Below are positions 9,420 to 17,996 of a stretch of DNA of 43,344 bases, piece by piece; positions within the stretch are counted from its first letter, which is position 1, and every line of letters begins with the position of its first letter. The stretch covers positions 1 to 43,344 of the forward strand of contig DATHLI010000251.1 of the NCBI GenBank assembly GCA_035488355.1, read 5' to 3'. The translations under genes were made by a program, and so were the position numbers. The DNA comes from a bacterium. Lineage in GTDB: Bacteria; Sysuimicrobiota; Sysuimicrobiia; Sysuimicrobiales; Segetimicrobiaceae. Under the pieces are notes generated by a model. The model saw nothing but the letters and a program-made list of their open reading frames with translations, was not told the DNA's origin and did not search any database.

Positions 9420-10244
9420 ATGAGCTGGGTGAAGGACCTCTTTGGGGTGAACAAGCCAATCATCGCCATGTGCCACCTTCAGGCCCTCCCGGGCGACCCG
9501 GGCTACCTGCCCGACAAAGGGCCGGACTGGGTGGTCACCAGGGCACGGCAGGATCTGCACGCGCTGCAGGACGGCGAAGTCGACGCGATCATGTTCTCCA
9601 ACGAAGCCAGCCTGCCGTATCTGACCAAGGTCGAGCCGATCACGTATGTCACCATGGCGCGGATCATTGGCGAACTGCGTACCGAGGTCAAAGTGCCTTT
9701 CGGCGTCAACGTCCTGTGGGACCCCGTGGCCTCCGTCGACCTGGCCGTGGCCACCGGGGCGCTGTTTGTGCGCGAGATCTTCACCGGCGTCTACGCCAGC
9801 GACTTCGGTCTCTGGAACACAAACTGCGGCGAAGTGGTGCGCCACCAGCATCGCCTTCACGGAGAACGCATCAGGCGCCTGTACAACATCGTGCCTGAGG
9901 CGGCGACCTATCTGGGCACGCGCAGCGTCACAGACATCGCCCGGTCGACCGTCTTCAATACCCGTCCGGATGCGTTGTGTGTCTCGGGGCTGACGGCCGG
10001 GGTGGAGGCCTCGGCCGAGGTGCTGCGGCAGGTCAAGCAGGCGGTCGCGGAGATGCCCGTCTTCGCGAACACCGGGGTTCGCTTGGAAAACGTTGAAGCG
10101 CAGCTCGCCATCGCGGACGGCGCGGTGATCGGGACGACGTTCAAACGCGAGGGGTACATCTGGAACGAGGTCGACGTGGAGCGGGTCAGAGCCTTCATGC
10201 TGAAGGTGCGCGAGTTCCGCAAGAGGCGGCCGGCGAAGGCCTGA
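9420..10244 (+). CDS. BtpA/SgcQ-family predicted TIM-barrel protein
   Basis: 274 aa with a purine-rich GAGGTGGAGGGA upstream. IIAMCHLQALPGDPGY and VDAIMFSNE match my recollection of the BtpA/SgcQ family. Confidence 0.75.
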   Translation: MSWVKDLFGVNKPIIAMCHLQALPGDPGYLPDKGPDWVVTRARQDLHALQDGEVDAIMFSNEASLPYLTKVEPITYVTMARIIGELRTEVKVPFGVNVLWDPVASVDLAVATGALFVREIFTGVYASDFGLWNTNCGEVVRHQHRLHGERIRRLYNIVPEAATYLGTRSVTDIARSTVFNTRPDALCVSGLTAGVEASAEVLRQVKQAVAEMPVFANTGVRLENVEAQLAIADGAVIGTTFKREGYIWNEVDVERVRAFMLKVREFRKRRPAKA

Positions 10245-10260
10245 GGAGGGGACGGTCCGC

Positions 10261-11328
10261 TTGGAGAGACGCTGGAAGCAGCTGGGCGACCTGCTGGTGA
10301 ATTATTCCGCCGGGATCCGGCCGGACGAGAAGGTCATGATCGCCATGGGAGAGGTGGAATCTTTCCCGCTCGTGCAGGCGGTGTACGAGGCCGCCGTGAG
10401 GGCGGGCGCATATCCCCAGGTGCAATTTCTCTCGGAGAAGCTGCGCCGCGCCCTGCTGAAGTTTGGCAGCGAGCGCCAGCTGGCCTGGGTGCCCGAGATC
10501 GAGGCGTATGGGATGGAGTGGGCGGACGTCTACATCGGGCTGCGCGGCGGCTATAACCTCGCCGAGCACTGGGACATCCCGTCCCCCCGGTTGTCGGTGA
10601 ACCAGGCGGCCATGGGGCGGATCTCGGCGTTGCGTTGGGAGAAGACGCGTTGGTGTCTGGTCCGCGTGCCCAATGCGGCATTCGCGCAGCAGGCCAACGT
10701 CGACGAAGACACGGTCACGGAAATGTTCTTTGACGCCTGCCTGCTGGATTGGGAAAGCGAAACGCGGACGTGGCGCGACTGGGCCGGGCGGTTGAACCGG
10801 GCCGACCGCGTCCGCGTCGTCGGACGGGATACCGATCTCAGTTTCTCGGTGCGGGGGCGTGCGTGGGTCGTCGGTGACGGGCGTATCAACATGCCGGATG
10901 GAGAGATCGCCACGGCGCCGGTCGAGAGCACCGTCGACGGGCATATCTACTTCGAGTTCCCCGGCGTTCTGAGCGGACGCCTGGTGCACGACATCCGCCT
11001 GCGCTGGACCCAGGGGACACTGGTGGAAGCCACCGCCTCCCAGAACCAGGATTTCCTTCGCGCGATTCTCAACACCGACCCGGGCGCCAGCATGATCGGG
11101 GAGTTCGGCTTCGGCACCAATCCGCACGTGAATCTCTTCTGCAAGGACATTCTCATCGACGAGAAGATCGGCGGCACCGTCCATACGGCGTTGGGCCGGG
11201 GGTACCCGGAAAGCGGGGGAACAAACCGGTCGGCCATCCACTGGGACATCATCAAGGATTTGCGGGCGGAAGGCACCGTGTATGTGGATGGCCAGGCGGT
11301 GCTGGAAAAGGGCCGGTTCCTCTTCTAG
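10261..11328 (+). CDS. M29-family aminopeptidase (AmpS/PepS/aminopeptidase T-like)
   Basis: 355 aa. TTG start 7 nt after GAGGAGGGG. NMPDGEIATAP, GEFGFGTNP and IHWDII are M29-like stretches. Confidence 0.8.
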   Translation: MERRWKQLGDLLVNYSAGIRPDEKVMIAMGEVESFPLVQAVYEAAVRAGAYPQVQFLSEKLRRALLKFGSERQLAWVPEIEAYGMEWADVYIGLRGGYNLAEHWDIPSPRLSVNQAAMGRISALRWEKTRWCLVRVPNAAFAQQANVDEDTVTEMFFDACLLDWESETRTWRDWAGRLNRADRVRVVGRDTDLSFSVRGRAWVVGDGRINMPDGEIATAPVESTVDGHIYFEFPGVLSGRLVHDIRLRWTQGTLVEATASQNQDFLRAILNTDPGASMIGEFGFGTNPHVNLFCKDILIDEKIGGTVHTALGRGYPESGGTNRSAIHWDIIKDLRAEGTVYVDGQAVLEKGRFLF

Positions 11329-11356
11329 CCTCCCCGAGGAGATCAGACCAGCGAAC

Positions 11357-11617
11357 TCATCTCCGAGACCGAGAGAGAGACTCCGAAAGTCGTGAGGCTT
11401 CCGTAAACGCCGCGACCCAGACTTGCCGGACAAGCGCGCGCTGGATTTTCTCTTGGGTGTCGTCGGGGAACCAAATCTGCTTGTAGGGCAAGATGTCGTT
11501 GCGATCCAACCCAAATGAATCCCACAAGGCCGTGATGGTTTCCGCGACCGTCGCGCCGGGGTGGTCGCGCAGATAGGATTCGCAGCCGGCAACGGCATGC
11601 TGCAGCTTGGTGGGCAC
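11357..11617 (-). CDS. Hypothetical small protein (86 aa)
   Basis: GTG start preceded by GAGGAG at 7-nt spacing. The composition is protein-like, unlike the overlapping Arg-rich 118-aa frame. I recognise no family. It sits in a lower-GC spacer. Confidence 0.45.
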   Translation of the reverse strand: MPTKLQHAVAGCESYLRDHPGATVAETITALWDSFGLDRNDILPYKQIWFPDDTQEKIQRALVRQVWVAAFTEASRLSESLSRSRR

Positions 11618-11739
11618 GGACCTGCTCCTCGTTGGCGTGTTGGATTTGTGAGACTGGAGTGAAATTCGAGGTGAGGTCCGCCTTCCTGCCGAACAGCAAC
11701 GAATTTCTCTTGTTCGTTCGGTAGTTTACTCAGGGATGC

Positions 11740-11769
11740 GAGCGGGGGCTCCACAACGTGCCCCCGCTC
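11740..11769 (-). terminator. GC-rich hairpin just downstream of the orphan binding-protein gene
   Basis: Perfect 10-bp inverted repeat gagcgggggc (11740-11749) / gcccccgctc (11760-11769) with a 10-nt loop, 17 nt past the stop at 11787. No clear U-tract follows. Confidence 0.4.
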
Positions 11770-11786
11770 CGCCGCCTCACCCAGAT

Positions 11787-13091
11787 CTACTTGTACTGAC
11801 TGAGGATTGCCGTTGCATCTCGCTGGGCTTGGTTCAACGCCGCTTTAACGGTGAGACGGCCCGTCTGCGCGGCTTGAACTGCTGTCACAAGGAGCAAGCC
11901 GACCCGATCCACCTCGTGGATCGTCATCTGCTCCCCCGCGTATTGCAGCTGCTCTGTCGCCGTCAACGCTTGAGGCGCTACCTTGAGGTAATCGCTAAAG
12001 GCGGGCAGTGACAATTCGCTTTTGCGGATGGGCACGTACCCGGTGCCGATGGTCCAGCGCGCTGCGGTCGCCGGTTCGGTCATCCAGCGAATGAATGTCC
12101 ATGCGGATTTTTGGTGCTCCGGTGGAATCTTCTTGAAGATATAGAAGCTCCCGCCGCCCGTGGGAGCGCCGTACCGCTTATCTCCGGGCATGAACGCCGC
12201 CCCCCACTGGAAGGTCGCGTTCTTCCGGATAAATGTCATTGCGCCGGTGGACAAATAGATCATCGCCACCTTCTGCTGAATGAAGTCCTGGCTCGTTTGG
12301 TCCCAGAAGGCCTCGCTCGATGCCCCCGGAGGATGCACCTTGTATTTGTTCTGCAAATCGAGGATGAACTGGACCGCTCGCTCGGCCTGCGGAGAGTTGA
12401 ACTTCACCCACTTGCCGTCCGGGTCGGCCAGGTCCCCACCCGCTTGAATGATGAACCCCTGGATGATCCACGGCGAGGTGTCCACTACGGGAATCTGGAC
12501 GCCCCACTGCGTCACCTGCCCATTCTGATCCCGCACCGTCAGCTTCTGGGCGTCGGCGACGAGTTCCGTCCAGTTCTTGGGGGGCTGGTTCGGATCCAGC
12601 CCGGCCTTCTGAAAGAGATCTTTGTTGTAGTAGAAGATCGGCGTGCTGCGCTGCCAGGGAATACTCCAAATGTGGCCGTTCGCGCGTGCGTTCAATAGGA
12701 AGGCGCCGTAGAAATCGTCCAGCCAGGCCTTGCCGCCGCTTTGAGCGATCATGTCGTCCAGGGGAATGATGGCGTCCCGGTCAAGGAGCGAGAAGAGCTC
12801 GGGCGTGTCCAGCACCGCCACGTCGGGCGGGTTGCCGCCCATAACGCCCGTCATCGCCTTGGCCATGGCCTCAACGTAGTTTCCGGCGAACACCGGCTCG
12901 ACCTTAATATCTGGGTGGGTGGTATTGAAGTCGTTCACCATCTCGGTCATGAGCTTGTTCAGTGGCCCGGAGACACCCACCGGGTAATAGTACTTTAGCT
13001 GCACCGCTCCCTGAGCATTGATAGCGGCCGGCAGCGCGGCGACAACCAAGGCTACTGCCACTGCGCAAGCCATCGTCCGAGTCGAAAGCAT
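11787..13091 (-). CDS. Family-1 extracellular solute-binding protein (CUT1 sugar type), orphan paralog
   Basis: 434 aa. GGGAGGG Shine-Dalgarno, signal-like N-terminus, YYYPVGVSGPLNKLMT. Collinear with and about three-quarters identical by eye to the binding protein at 35464-36804. No adjacent permeases. Confidence 0.88.
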   Translation of the reverse strand: MLSTRTMACAVAVALVVAALPAAINAQGAVQLKYYYPVGVSGPLNKLMTEMVNDFNTTHPDIKVEPVFAGNYVEAMAKAMTGVMGGNPPDVAVLDTPELFSLLDRDAIIPLDDMIAQSGGKAWLDDFYGAFLLNARANGHIWSIPWQRSTPIFYYNKDLFQKAGLDPNQPPKNWTELVADAQKLTVRDQNGQVTQWGVQIPVVDTSPWIIQGFIIQAGGDLADPDGKWVKFNSPQAERAVQFILDLQNKYKVHPPGASSEAFWDQTSQDFIQQKVAMIYLSTGAMTFIRKNATFQWGAAFMPGDKRYGAPTGGGSFYIFKKIPPEHQKSAWTFIRWMTEPATAARWTIGTGYVPIRKSELSLPAFSDYLKVAPQALTATEQLQYAGEQMTIHEVDRVGLLLVTAVQAAQTGRLTVKAALNQAQRDATAILSQYK

Positions 13092-13174
13092 TCCGCACCC
13101 TCCCTTTCACGATAATGGCAGTCCCGGAGCCGTGTCTCCTTCACCGAAGAAACACGCCTTCCCTTGTCGATGAA

Positions 13175-13212
13175 GCGCCGGTCCTCAGTTGCCTCGACGA
13201 GCGGGGAAGATA
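13175..13212. repeat. Short direct repeat R2, copy a (3' end of a ParE/RelE-like gene plus trailer)
   Basis: The 35-nt core 13178-13212 recurs at 13787-13821 with 2 substitutions. On the minus strand it reads IFPARRGN-stop. Confidence 0.85.
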
Positions 13213-13301
13213 GCCAAAACGATGATCGTATCGTCCGCGAAGACGTAACTAATGCAGTAGGGCTCGACCCAAGAAGAAGCGAAGCCGGCGTACGGTTCGC
13301 G
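13185..13301 (-). pseudogene. RelE/ParE-like toxin, C-terminal fragment only
   Basis: The last ~38 codons (REPYAGFASSWVEPYCISYVFADDTIIVLAIFPARRGN) resemble a ParE/RelE C-terminus. There is no start codon or N-terminal half, and the upstream part of the frame overlaps the antitoxin gene. Confidence 0.35.
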
Positions 13302-13386
13302 CCGCCGCGATCCATCTCTGCAAACTCGGCGATCATCTCGGCATGCTACTATGTAGATGCAAGTCACTACAATAGGAGCGATCACC

Positions 13387-13653
13387 GTGAAGCTTGGGCT
13401 CCGAGAGGCCAACCAGCAGTTCTCGAAGGCGATGCGGGCCATTCGTGATGGCGAGGAGGTCATCCTGACCGATCGCGGCCGTCCCTTCGCCATCATCGCC
13501 CCGCTGCGACCAGAGACGGCCCTCGACCGGTTTGCGCGCGCGGGCCTGATCCGGCCGGCGGCGAAGACTGACACGCTCCCTCCGGCACACCCTGTCTCGG
13601 CGCGAGGACGTCCCGCAGGACAAATTATCAGTGACCAGCGGGACGAGCGATGA
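13387..13653 (+). CDS. Phd/YefM-type (VapB-like) antitoxin
   Basis: KLGLREANQQFSKAMRAIRDGEEVILTDRGRPFAIIAP is a typical Phd/YefM N-domain. GTG at 13387 follows AGGAG (13374-13378). The tracked ORF starts at ATG 13357 without a Shine-Dalgarno. The stop overlaps a downstream ATG (ATGA 13650-13653). Confidence 0.7.
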   Translation: MKLGLREANQQFSKAMRAIRDGEEVILTDRGRPFAIIAPLRPETALDRFARAGLIRPAAKTDTLPPAHPVSARGRPAGQIISDQRDER

Positions 13654-13684
13654 TCGGATTGTCCTGGGCCTACATTGAAACGAG

Positions 13685-13778
13685 CATTTCTCGTGACCAT
13701 GCGATGAAACCGAACACGCTCGACCTGGTGGGCGAGGCAGGGGTCGAACCCGCGACCTCCTCGGCGTAAGCGAGGCGC
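13685..13778 (-). repeat. Direct repeat R1, left copy: 5'-truncated tRNA-Val fragment (13726-13778) plus 41-nt tRNA trailer
   Basis: 94 nt identical to 31416-31509 except for one mismatch (13765 c vs 31496 t). Covers tRNA positions 24-76 including CCA. The 5' part of the tRNA is absent. Confidence 0.9.
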
Positions 13779-13782
13779 CCCA

Positions 13783-13821
13783 GCGGCCGGTCCTCAGCTG
13801 CCTCGACGAGCAGGGAAGATA
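13783..13821. repeat. Short direct repeat R2, copy b
   Basis: Matches 13175-13212 with 2 substitutions and 1 extra g. It reads IFPARRGS-stop on the minus strand and abuts the isomerase stop codon (13822-13824). Confidence 0.85.
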
Positions 13822-14595
13822 CTAGAGCTCCAGGGTCTCGCGAATGAAGCGCAGGCTCTCGACGGAGCTTGTCTTGGGCGTCAGGACCGTCCCATTCTGC
13901 TCGACGACGATCCACCCTTGATAGTCCAGTTCGCGGAGCGCTTGGGCAACGGCGGGCCAGTGACAGCGGCCGCGACCGACTTCGGTCCGAAGATCAGTTT
14001 CAGGTGTCCAGTCCTTGAATTCCACGTACGCGATCCGGTCTCGATTCCGGCGGAAGAACTCCTCGGCCGAATGACCAACGAAATCCTTCGTCGCGTGTCC
14101 ACAATCCAGCATCGCGCCGATCGCCTTCGGATTCGTGTCGGCAAGGAGACGCTCGGTCTGCTCCATCGTTTCGGCGATCCAACCGGTGTGGTGGTGGTAG
14201 ACGGCGCGGATGCCGGCGCGCGCAGCGATCTTCCCGTGATGCTCGAGAGCGGGAACGACGACATCCCAATCGCCCTCGCTCCCACAGTACCCAGACAGAA
14301 TCATGATCTTGCCGCCGCCGACGGCCGCCATGAACCTTGCCAGGCGATCGGTGAACACGTAATCCAACCCCGGTCGCAAAATCACCCCAACGAGCTCCAG
14401 GTGGCGGCGCCCCAAACGCGCAAGAAAATCGTCCGGACGATCAATCCATGGACTGACGGTCGTGTCAAAGCACACGATGCCTTGGAACCCGATGTCCGTC
14501 GCATCATCAAGAAATCCTTCCAGGCGATCGATCGGCGAGACATCAAAACCCCAGGCCAAGTGGCTGACGCCCACGGGCAGTCGCGGCGTCGTCAT
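13822..14595 (-). CDS. Sugar phosphate isomerase/epimerase (xylose isomerase-like TIM barrel)
   Basis: 257 aa. Overall resemblance to the AP endonuclease 2 / xylose-isomerase-like TIM family. ATGA overlap with the upstream oxidoreductase gene at 14592-14595. Confidence 0.75.
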   Translation of the reverse strand: MTTPRLPVGVSHLAWGFDVSPIDRLEGFLDDATDIGFQGIVCFDTTVSPWIDRPDDFLARLGRRHLELVGVILRPGLDYVFTDRLARFMAAVGGGKIMILSGYCGSEGDWDVVVPALEHHGKIAARAGIRAVYHHHTGWIAETMEQTERLLADTNPKAIGAMLDCGHATKDFVGHSAEEFFRRNRDRIAYVEFKDWTPETDLRTEVGRGRCHWPAVAQALRELDYQGWIVVEQNGTVLTPKTSSVESLRFIRETLEL

Positions 14596-15662
14596 GAGCG
14601 CACCTCCGGGTGCCTCAGCTCGATCGTCTTGCCGGTCCGAATCGACTCGACGATCGCCAGACAGATCCGCACGTTCTCCCGGCCATCTCGCCCAGTGACA
14701 ACCGGAGGACGATCGTTGAGGACATTGTCGACAAAATTGGCGAGGCTGGGCCGGATCAAGGAGTAGGCCACGTATGGTCCCTCCCTGTAGATGAGAGTTT
14801 TGGGCCCCCCGTAGTCCTTGTCGACGACCGGGCCGCCGCGACGGGCCCAGACCAGCCGGTGGAACTCATGGTGAATCCCCTCGAGGTAGGCCTGACCCTC
14901 CGTGCCGTACAGGCTGAGGCGTGGGCGGACCGCCATCTCGTCGGTGGCGATGGCCCCACCGCTCACCGCCGCGACGGCGCCGGAGTCAAAGTGGAGAGTG
15001 CACACCGCGCCATCCGGTGTCGGCGCGCCTCGGCCGGTAAAGTTACCGCCCTCCGCGCGGACACGATTGGCATCACGAAGCAGGAAGCCAATCGTATCGA
15101 TAATGTGGCAGGTGTTCTCGTTGATCGGACTCGAGCCATCGCCCATCTTCCAGATCCAGGGGTGGTCGGCCGGCCGCAACCCGCCCACGTACTCACCGGA
15201 GACGAGGATCGGCCGCCCAACCTTCCCCTCGTCAATCACCCGACGGAGCTCAACCAGAGCGGGAAGCTGGCGCATCGGGAACTCCATGTGCAGGGGGACT
15301 CCCGCCCGCTCGCACGCGGCGATCATCGCATCGCAGTCCTCCACCGTCCCGGCCATGGGCTTCTCGACGAGGACCGCCACCCCTTTTCTGGCCGCCGCCT
15401 CGACCATGGGCCGGTGAAGGGCTGGGTTCGTGCACACCGAGACGGCATCGAGCCGTTCGTTCTCGAGCATCTCGACCCCGTCGTGGTATGGTCGAGCACT
15501 GTAATGCCGGCAGAGTTCCTCGAAGGGGACGGGGAGGTGGGTAGGGTCCGGCTCGGCCATTGCCACGATCCGGACCTGGGGGATTCCTACGTAGGTACTG
15601 GCATGCCGGATCCCGAAGCCAAGACCGATTATGCCGACCTTGAGCGTGCGGATCCCCGCCAC
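14592..15662 (-). CDS. Gfo/Idh/MocA-family NAD(P)-dependent oxidoreductase
   Basis: 356 aa. N-terminal Rossmann motif KVGIIGLGFG and the family-typical length and layout. Confidence 0.85.
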   Translation of the reverse strand: MAGIRTLKVGIIGLGFGIRHASTYVGIPQVRIVAMAEPDPTHLPVPFEELCRHYSARPYHDGVEMLENERLDAVSVCTNPALHRPMVEAAARKGVAVLVEKPMAGTVEDCDAMIAACERAGVPLHMEFPMRQLPALVELRRVIDEGKVGRPILVSGEYVGGLRPADHPWIWKMGDGSSPINENTCHIIDTIGFLLRDANRVRAEGGNFTGRGAPTPDGAVCTLHFDSGAVAAVSGGAIATDEMAVRPRLSLYGTEGQAYLEGIHHEFHRLVWARRGGPVVDKDYGGPKTLIYREGPYVAYSLIRPSLANFVDNVLNDRPPVVTGRDGRENVRICLAIVESIRTGKTIELRHPEVRS

Positions 15663-15809
15663 CGCATCCTCCAGGTATTGCCCCTGCAGCGAACAATGCT
15701 TGCGGTTCTTTAGGAGTACCTGAAAGCGTGGCGCTCGTCAAGAGCAGACGGTGTGGGCCTCGTGTCCCTTGGCGCGACGGGCCCTTGAGGTATTTCTGAG
15801 GGGGGAGCC

Positions 15810-16565
15810 ATGGCAGCCATGAAGATCCTGGTCGCGGGTGAATCCTGGATGACGGCGGCGACGCACTTTAAGGGATGGGATTTCTTCTCCAGCACGACAT
15901 TTCACACCGGGATCGACCATTTGCGCCGCGCGCTGGAAGGGCAGGCGATCGAGGTCGTTCACATGCCGTCACACGAAGCCGCGACGGCGTTTCCCCTTCG
16001 ACTCGCCGAGCTCCAAGCCTACAATGCCATCATCTTGAGCGACATTGGATCAAACACCCTGCTGCTTCATCCAGACACCTGGCTTCATGGGAAGACGATG
16101 CCGAATCGATTGAAGCTCCTGGCCGAATACGTCACCCAGGGCGGCGGCCTGGCCATGGCGGGGGGATATTACAGTTTCCAAGGGGTCTACGGCGCCGCCC
16201 GATATCATGGCACGGCGGTCGAGGAGGTGTTGCCGGTAGAGATCTCCCCGAACGACGATCGCGTTGAAGTCCCTGAAGGGTTCACACCTCGCGTGGTCGC
16301 GCCCACCCACCCCGTCACGCAGGGCATCCCTCGAGAGTGGCCGGCGCTGCTCGGATATAATGCGGTCCGGATCAAGCCTGAGGCGACGGTCCTGGCACTC
16401 GTTGGCGAGCATCCCATTCTCGCGGTGAGAACCGTCGGGGCCGGACGCACGCTGGCTTGGACATCTGATATCGGCCCGCATTGGTGCCCCGAGCCGTTTC
16501 TCACATGGCCGGGATACGCGCGACTCTGGGGACAAGCCATTCGATGGCTCGCCCGTCAAGCCTGA
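15810..16565 (+). CDS. GATase1-like domain protein (putative glutamine amidotransferase-like, DUF-type)
   Basis: 251 aa with GAGGGGGGA upstream. MKILVAGESW...ILSDIGSNTLLL...WTSDIGPHW matches my recollection of the GATase1-like cytoplasmic protein family found next to sugar genes. Confidence 0.55.
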   Translation: MAAMKILVAGESWMTAATHFKGWDFFSSTTFHTGIDHLRRALEGQAIEVVHMPSHEAATAFPLRLAELQAYNAIILSDIGSNTLLLHPDTWLHGKTMPNRLKLLAEYVTQGGGLAMAGGYYSFQGVYGAARYHGTAVEEVLPVEISPNDDRVEVPEGFTPRVVAPTHPVTQGIPREWPALLGYNAVRIKPEATVLALVGEHPILAVRTVGAGRTLAWTSDIGPHWCPEPFLTWPGYARLWGQAIRWLARQA

Positions 16566-16655
16566 GCGCAGGCCGGGGTTTGCGCGCGCAGGTTCCCGCC
16601 GGGGACGCCAGATCGGGCGGACAGCGGCTGGAGGGAATCTAGGAGGAAGGCGACT

Positions 16656-17978
16656 GTGGAGATCAGACGAGAGCGGGTATTGAAGTGGATCGACCTCCAC
16701 CACGAAGATATCGTGGATTTCCTCCAGGAACTTGTGCGCATCCCCAGCGTGAACCCGTGGTTTCATGAAACCCCGGGACCGTCTCGAGAGAACGACGTTC
16801 AAGCGGTGATCGCCGAGCGCCTGAAAACACTGGGGGCGATGGTGGAGCAGTGGGAACCTGACTCAGGGAAGCTGGCCAAGTACGAAGGGTATCCAGGGTA
16901 CTACGCCGGGCGCGACTTCCACGGACGCCCCAACCTGGCGGCAACACTCGCGGGAACCGGCCGTGGGCGCTCCCTCTTGCTCTTCGGCCACATCGATGTC
17001 GTCAAGGCGGGCGCGGGGTGGAGCACCGACCCGTTCGGCGGCGCGCGCCAGGACGGCCACATCTATGGACGCGGCACCGTAGACATGAAAGGCGGCGTCG
17101 CCGCGATGGTGATGGCCGTGGAGGCCGTCGTTCGAGCGGGGGTCCGGCCCACCGGGACGATTTTGCTGGGGACGGTCGTGGACGAGGAAGCCGGAGGCAT
17201 GGGCACCCTCGCGTTCGTCGATCGCGGCTATCATGCCGACGCCTGCATCCTCACAGAACCGACCGATTTGGTGGTCTCGCCCCTGTGTCGCGGGATCTTG
17301 TGGGGGAAGCTCATTCTCCGCGGACGGAGCGGGCACATTGAGATGCCCCAGGGGGACTGGCGGACCGGCGGGGCGGTGGACGCCATCGACAAGGCCCATC
17401 TATTTCTCGACTACTTCAGCCGTCTGAACGCCGACTGGGCGCGACGAAAGATCCACCCCCTGCTGCCCATCCCCTGCCAGCTCCACGTGGCCCAGATTCA
17501 GGCAGGGGAATACCCGACGACCTTCGCCAACCGGGCGGAACTCATCTTCAACGCGCAGTACCTTCCGTCGGAGCGGGACTCCTTCGGTCTCGGCGGCGCA
17601 GTCAAGCGGGAGATCCACGACGGCGTGCAGCAGGTCGCCGTGACGGATCCGTGGTTACGCGAGCATCCTCCGGAGATTGAGTGGCTGGTGGATGCCGACT
17701 GCGGTGAAACCCCGGCCGGTCATACGTTCGTCCAGCTCTGCCTGGAGAACCTCAAACACCTCGGGCATGAGGGACGGGTCGAAGGCATTTGCTCCCACAC
17801 AGACATGGGGTGGCTCGTCAACGCGGGAATTCCCACAATCAATCTAGGCCCCGGCGATCCACGGCTCGCCCACCAGAGCGACGAGAATCTCAGGGAAGCC
17901 AGCCTGCTCGATGCCGTCCGCGTGATCGCCCTGGTGATCCTGGACTGGTGCGGAGATAACGACGGACCCTCCGGCTGA
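16656..17978 (+). CDS. M20-family metallopeptidase/deacylase (ArgE/DapE/ACY1 type)
   Basis: 440 aa. GTG start after AGGAGGA. LLFGHIDVV, GRGTVDMKGG and VVDEEAGG are M20 metal-site motifs. Confidence 0.88.
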   Translation: MEIRRERVLKWIDLHHEDIVDFLQELVRIPSVNPWFHETPGPSRENDVQAVIAERLKTLGAMVEQWEPDSGKLAKYEGYPGYYAGRDFHGRPNLAATLAGTGRGRSLLLFGHIDVVKAGAGWSTDPFGGARQDGHIYGRGTVDMKGGVAAMVMAVEAVVRAGVRPTGTILLGTVVDEEAGGMGTLAFVDRGYHADACILTEPTDLVVSPLCRGILWGKLILRGRSGHIEMPQGDWRTGGAVDAIDKAHLFLDYFSRLNADWARRKIHPLLPIPCQLHVAQIQAGEYPTTFANRAELIFNAQYLPSERDSFGLGGAVKREIHDGVQQVAVTDPWLREHPPEIEWLVDADCGETPAGHTFVQLCLENLKHLGHEGRVEGICSHTDMGWLVNAGIPTINLGPGDPRLAHQSDENLREASLLDAVRVIALVILDWCGDNDGPSG

Positions 17979-17996
17979 CCGCCGAAGAGAGAACGG

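Noticed and set aside
11689-11721. Palindrome ccgaac ... gttcgg upstream of the 86-aa ORF as a possible operator
   Set aside because: Only 6 bp pair perfectly and the inner positions do not. This is too weak to call a regulatory site.
13185-13700. 171-aa minus-strand ORF as an intact gene
   Set aside because: Only its last ~38 codons look toxin-like. The rest overlaps the antitoxin gene and the tRNA-derived repeat on the opposite strand and has no family resemblance. I treat it as a gene fragment.
17979-17996. Terminator between the convergent M20 peptidase and PTE-like genes
   Set aside because: Only 18 nt separate the two stop codons, and I could find no hairpin in them.
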